A stretch of DNA of 63,011 bases, counting the filler, from Reticulomyxa filosa (taxonomy: Eukaryota > Protista > Foraminifera): the NCBI GenBank assembly GCA_000512085.1. It is 19 parts of 19 records of this genome, joined end to end, with 100 filler letters (N's around TTAATTAATTAA, not from the genome) between each part and the next. Parts side by side here need not be neighbours in the genome. Positions count along the whole stretch, not along the records: positions 61,926 to 63,011 come from ASPP01029677.1; 18 more parts are not named here. One strand, given 5' to 3'. Each line of letters begins with the position of its first letter. Position 1 is the first letter of the stretch. Shown here piece after piece: positions 62,100 to 63,011 of this stretch. Under the pieces are notes generated by a model. It searched no databases and was not told the origin of the DNA. It saw nothing but the letters and a program-made list of their open reading frames with translations. Both the position numbers and the translations under genes were made by a program.

Positions 62100-62990
62100 A
62101 AGTCTCCAAATCTCCTGAGAAATTCAGTAACTCACAATTTAAAAAAGGAAATACAGCGTGGATTTTTCCAACTGGCTGTATTCACAAAACTTCAATATGT
62201 ACTGAATGAAAATTGTAAAAATGGAACATAATTCAAACAATGAACAAAACATCAATTTACTTTGGTCAAAAGAAAATTCTTGGTATTTGCATGTCCTAAA
62301 GGACAATAATCAATTCACTAGAGCATGAAAGCCCTGTTTTCCCGTTTGGGATTTTTCCGACACACAACCACATATTTTTGCGCTCGGAAACCTTTGGCTT
62401 CCTCGAGAGCGCAGGCCCGGATACCTTGAACCTCCACGCATGTTGGACATTTTGAATGTCTGTTATTTTTTTTTTCCATGTCGATATGGCGAGATAAGTC
62501 GGGCATATTGAGCCCCTCCCTTCTGTGTTGGTTTTAATTGGTCTTGCTTTCCAATGACGAAGGTGATTATATATTTTTTTTTTTACTGTTGGTCTTTTCC
62601 CCTTTGGTTGTTTAAGGATTTTGCATGAAACATGCAATTTGTTGTTTGTTGATTACATTGTATTCTTAGCTTATGTTTATTCTTCTAGCCAATAAGCTTA
62701 AGTACTGATGTTGCTGACTTAAGCTCTTTGGCTTGAATTAGTGTAATCACCAAGGTTGAGGATAATGAGCATAGGAAATTGTGTCGAATTCTTGTCGAAA
62801 ATTTCCACATGTTAGAGAAAGTGGTCTCTTCCTCTTTCTTCTCATCCACTTCAGGTCGCACAACGATTTGTACTTGCATTTGAGAAGATTGTTCATTAGT
62901 CCTTCTCTTCTTAACATTCATATCGTGAATGTCATCATTTTCCGGCAGTTCCCTTTTCTTTGCTCTGTTTGCGTTGCCGTCAATATCCAT
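62100..62990 (-). pseudogene. RING/TRAF-like zinc-finger gene remnant
   Basis: C..CKILKQP, GSICP/LSRHI...SKCPTC and YVVVC are split across frames. Confidence 0.35.
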
Positions 62991-63011
62991 GGCTGATTGC
63001 CGTTGTTATAA

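Noticed and set aside
62318-62506. Ribosomal protein bL36-like (CPTC...VVCRKNPK)
   Set aside because: Spacing is too long and the HKQRQG end is missing. The upstream Cys pattern fits a broken RING/TRAF-type gene better.

Overview
This is eukaryotic, AT-rich, intron-containing DNA, and it is not one locus. It consists of 19 contigs joined by 18 artificial 100-bp spacers (N44-TTAATTAATTAA-N44), so adjacency is meaningful only within a contig. A rhizarian origin, most likely a foraminiferan such as Reticulomyxa, is inferred from a polyubiquitin junction insertion, the WD40, HSPA12-like and RNF213-like families, abundant pseudogenes and short A/T-run introns. Contig 1 (1-20174) holds an OB-fold/HxxxD-acyltransferase fusion gene, a signal-peptide JMJD8-like gene, a C2-coiled-coil-CaaX gene and a >3,800-aa multi-pass surface receptor. 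The smaller contigs hold whole or partial genes for an RGS protein, an MFS transporter, an SLC38-type transporter, a ubiquitin E2, an EF-hand protein, ENTH, WDR7-like, CCDC96, SET, WD40, alpha-actinin-like, TM-RGS, DPP8/9-like, RNF213-like and pyruvate-kinase-like proteins. They also hold pseudogenes (eRF1, polyubiquitin, CAP-Gly, WD40, HSP70-like, RING/TRAF) and degraded LINE remnants. The best leads are: (1) the OB-fold plus condensation-type acyltransferase fusion; (2) a pyruvate-kinase-like protein with altered K+-site residues and a ~430-aa disordered insert; (3) a giant adhesin-like receptor with VSR-like and PA modules and LD-like tail repeats; (4) introns that fold almost entirely into hairpins. 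All family assignments come from motif recognition by eye. No searches were run, and splice sites are manual predictions.
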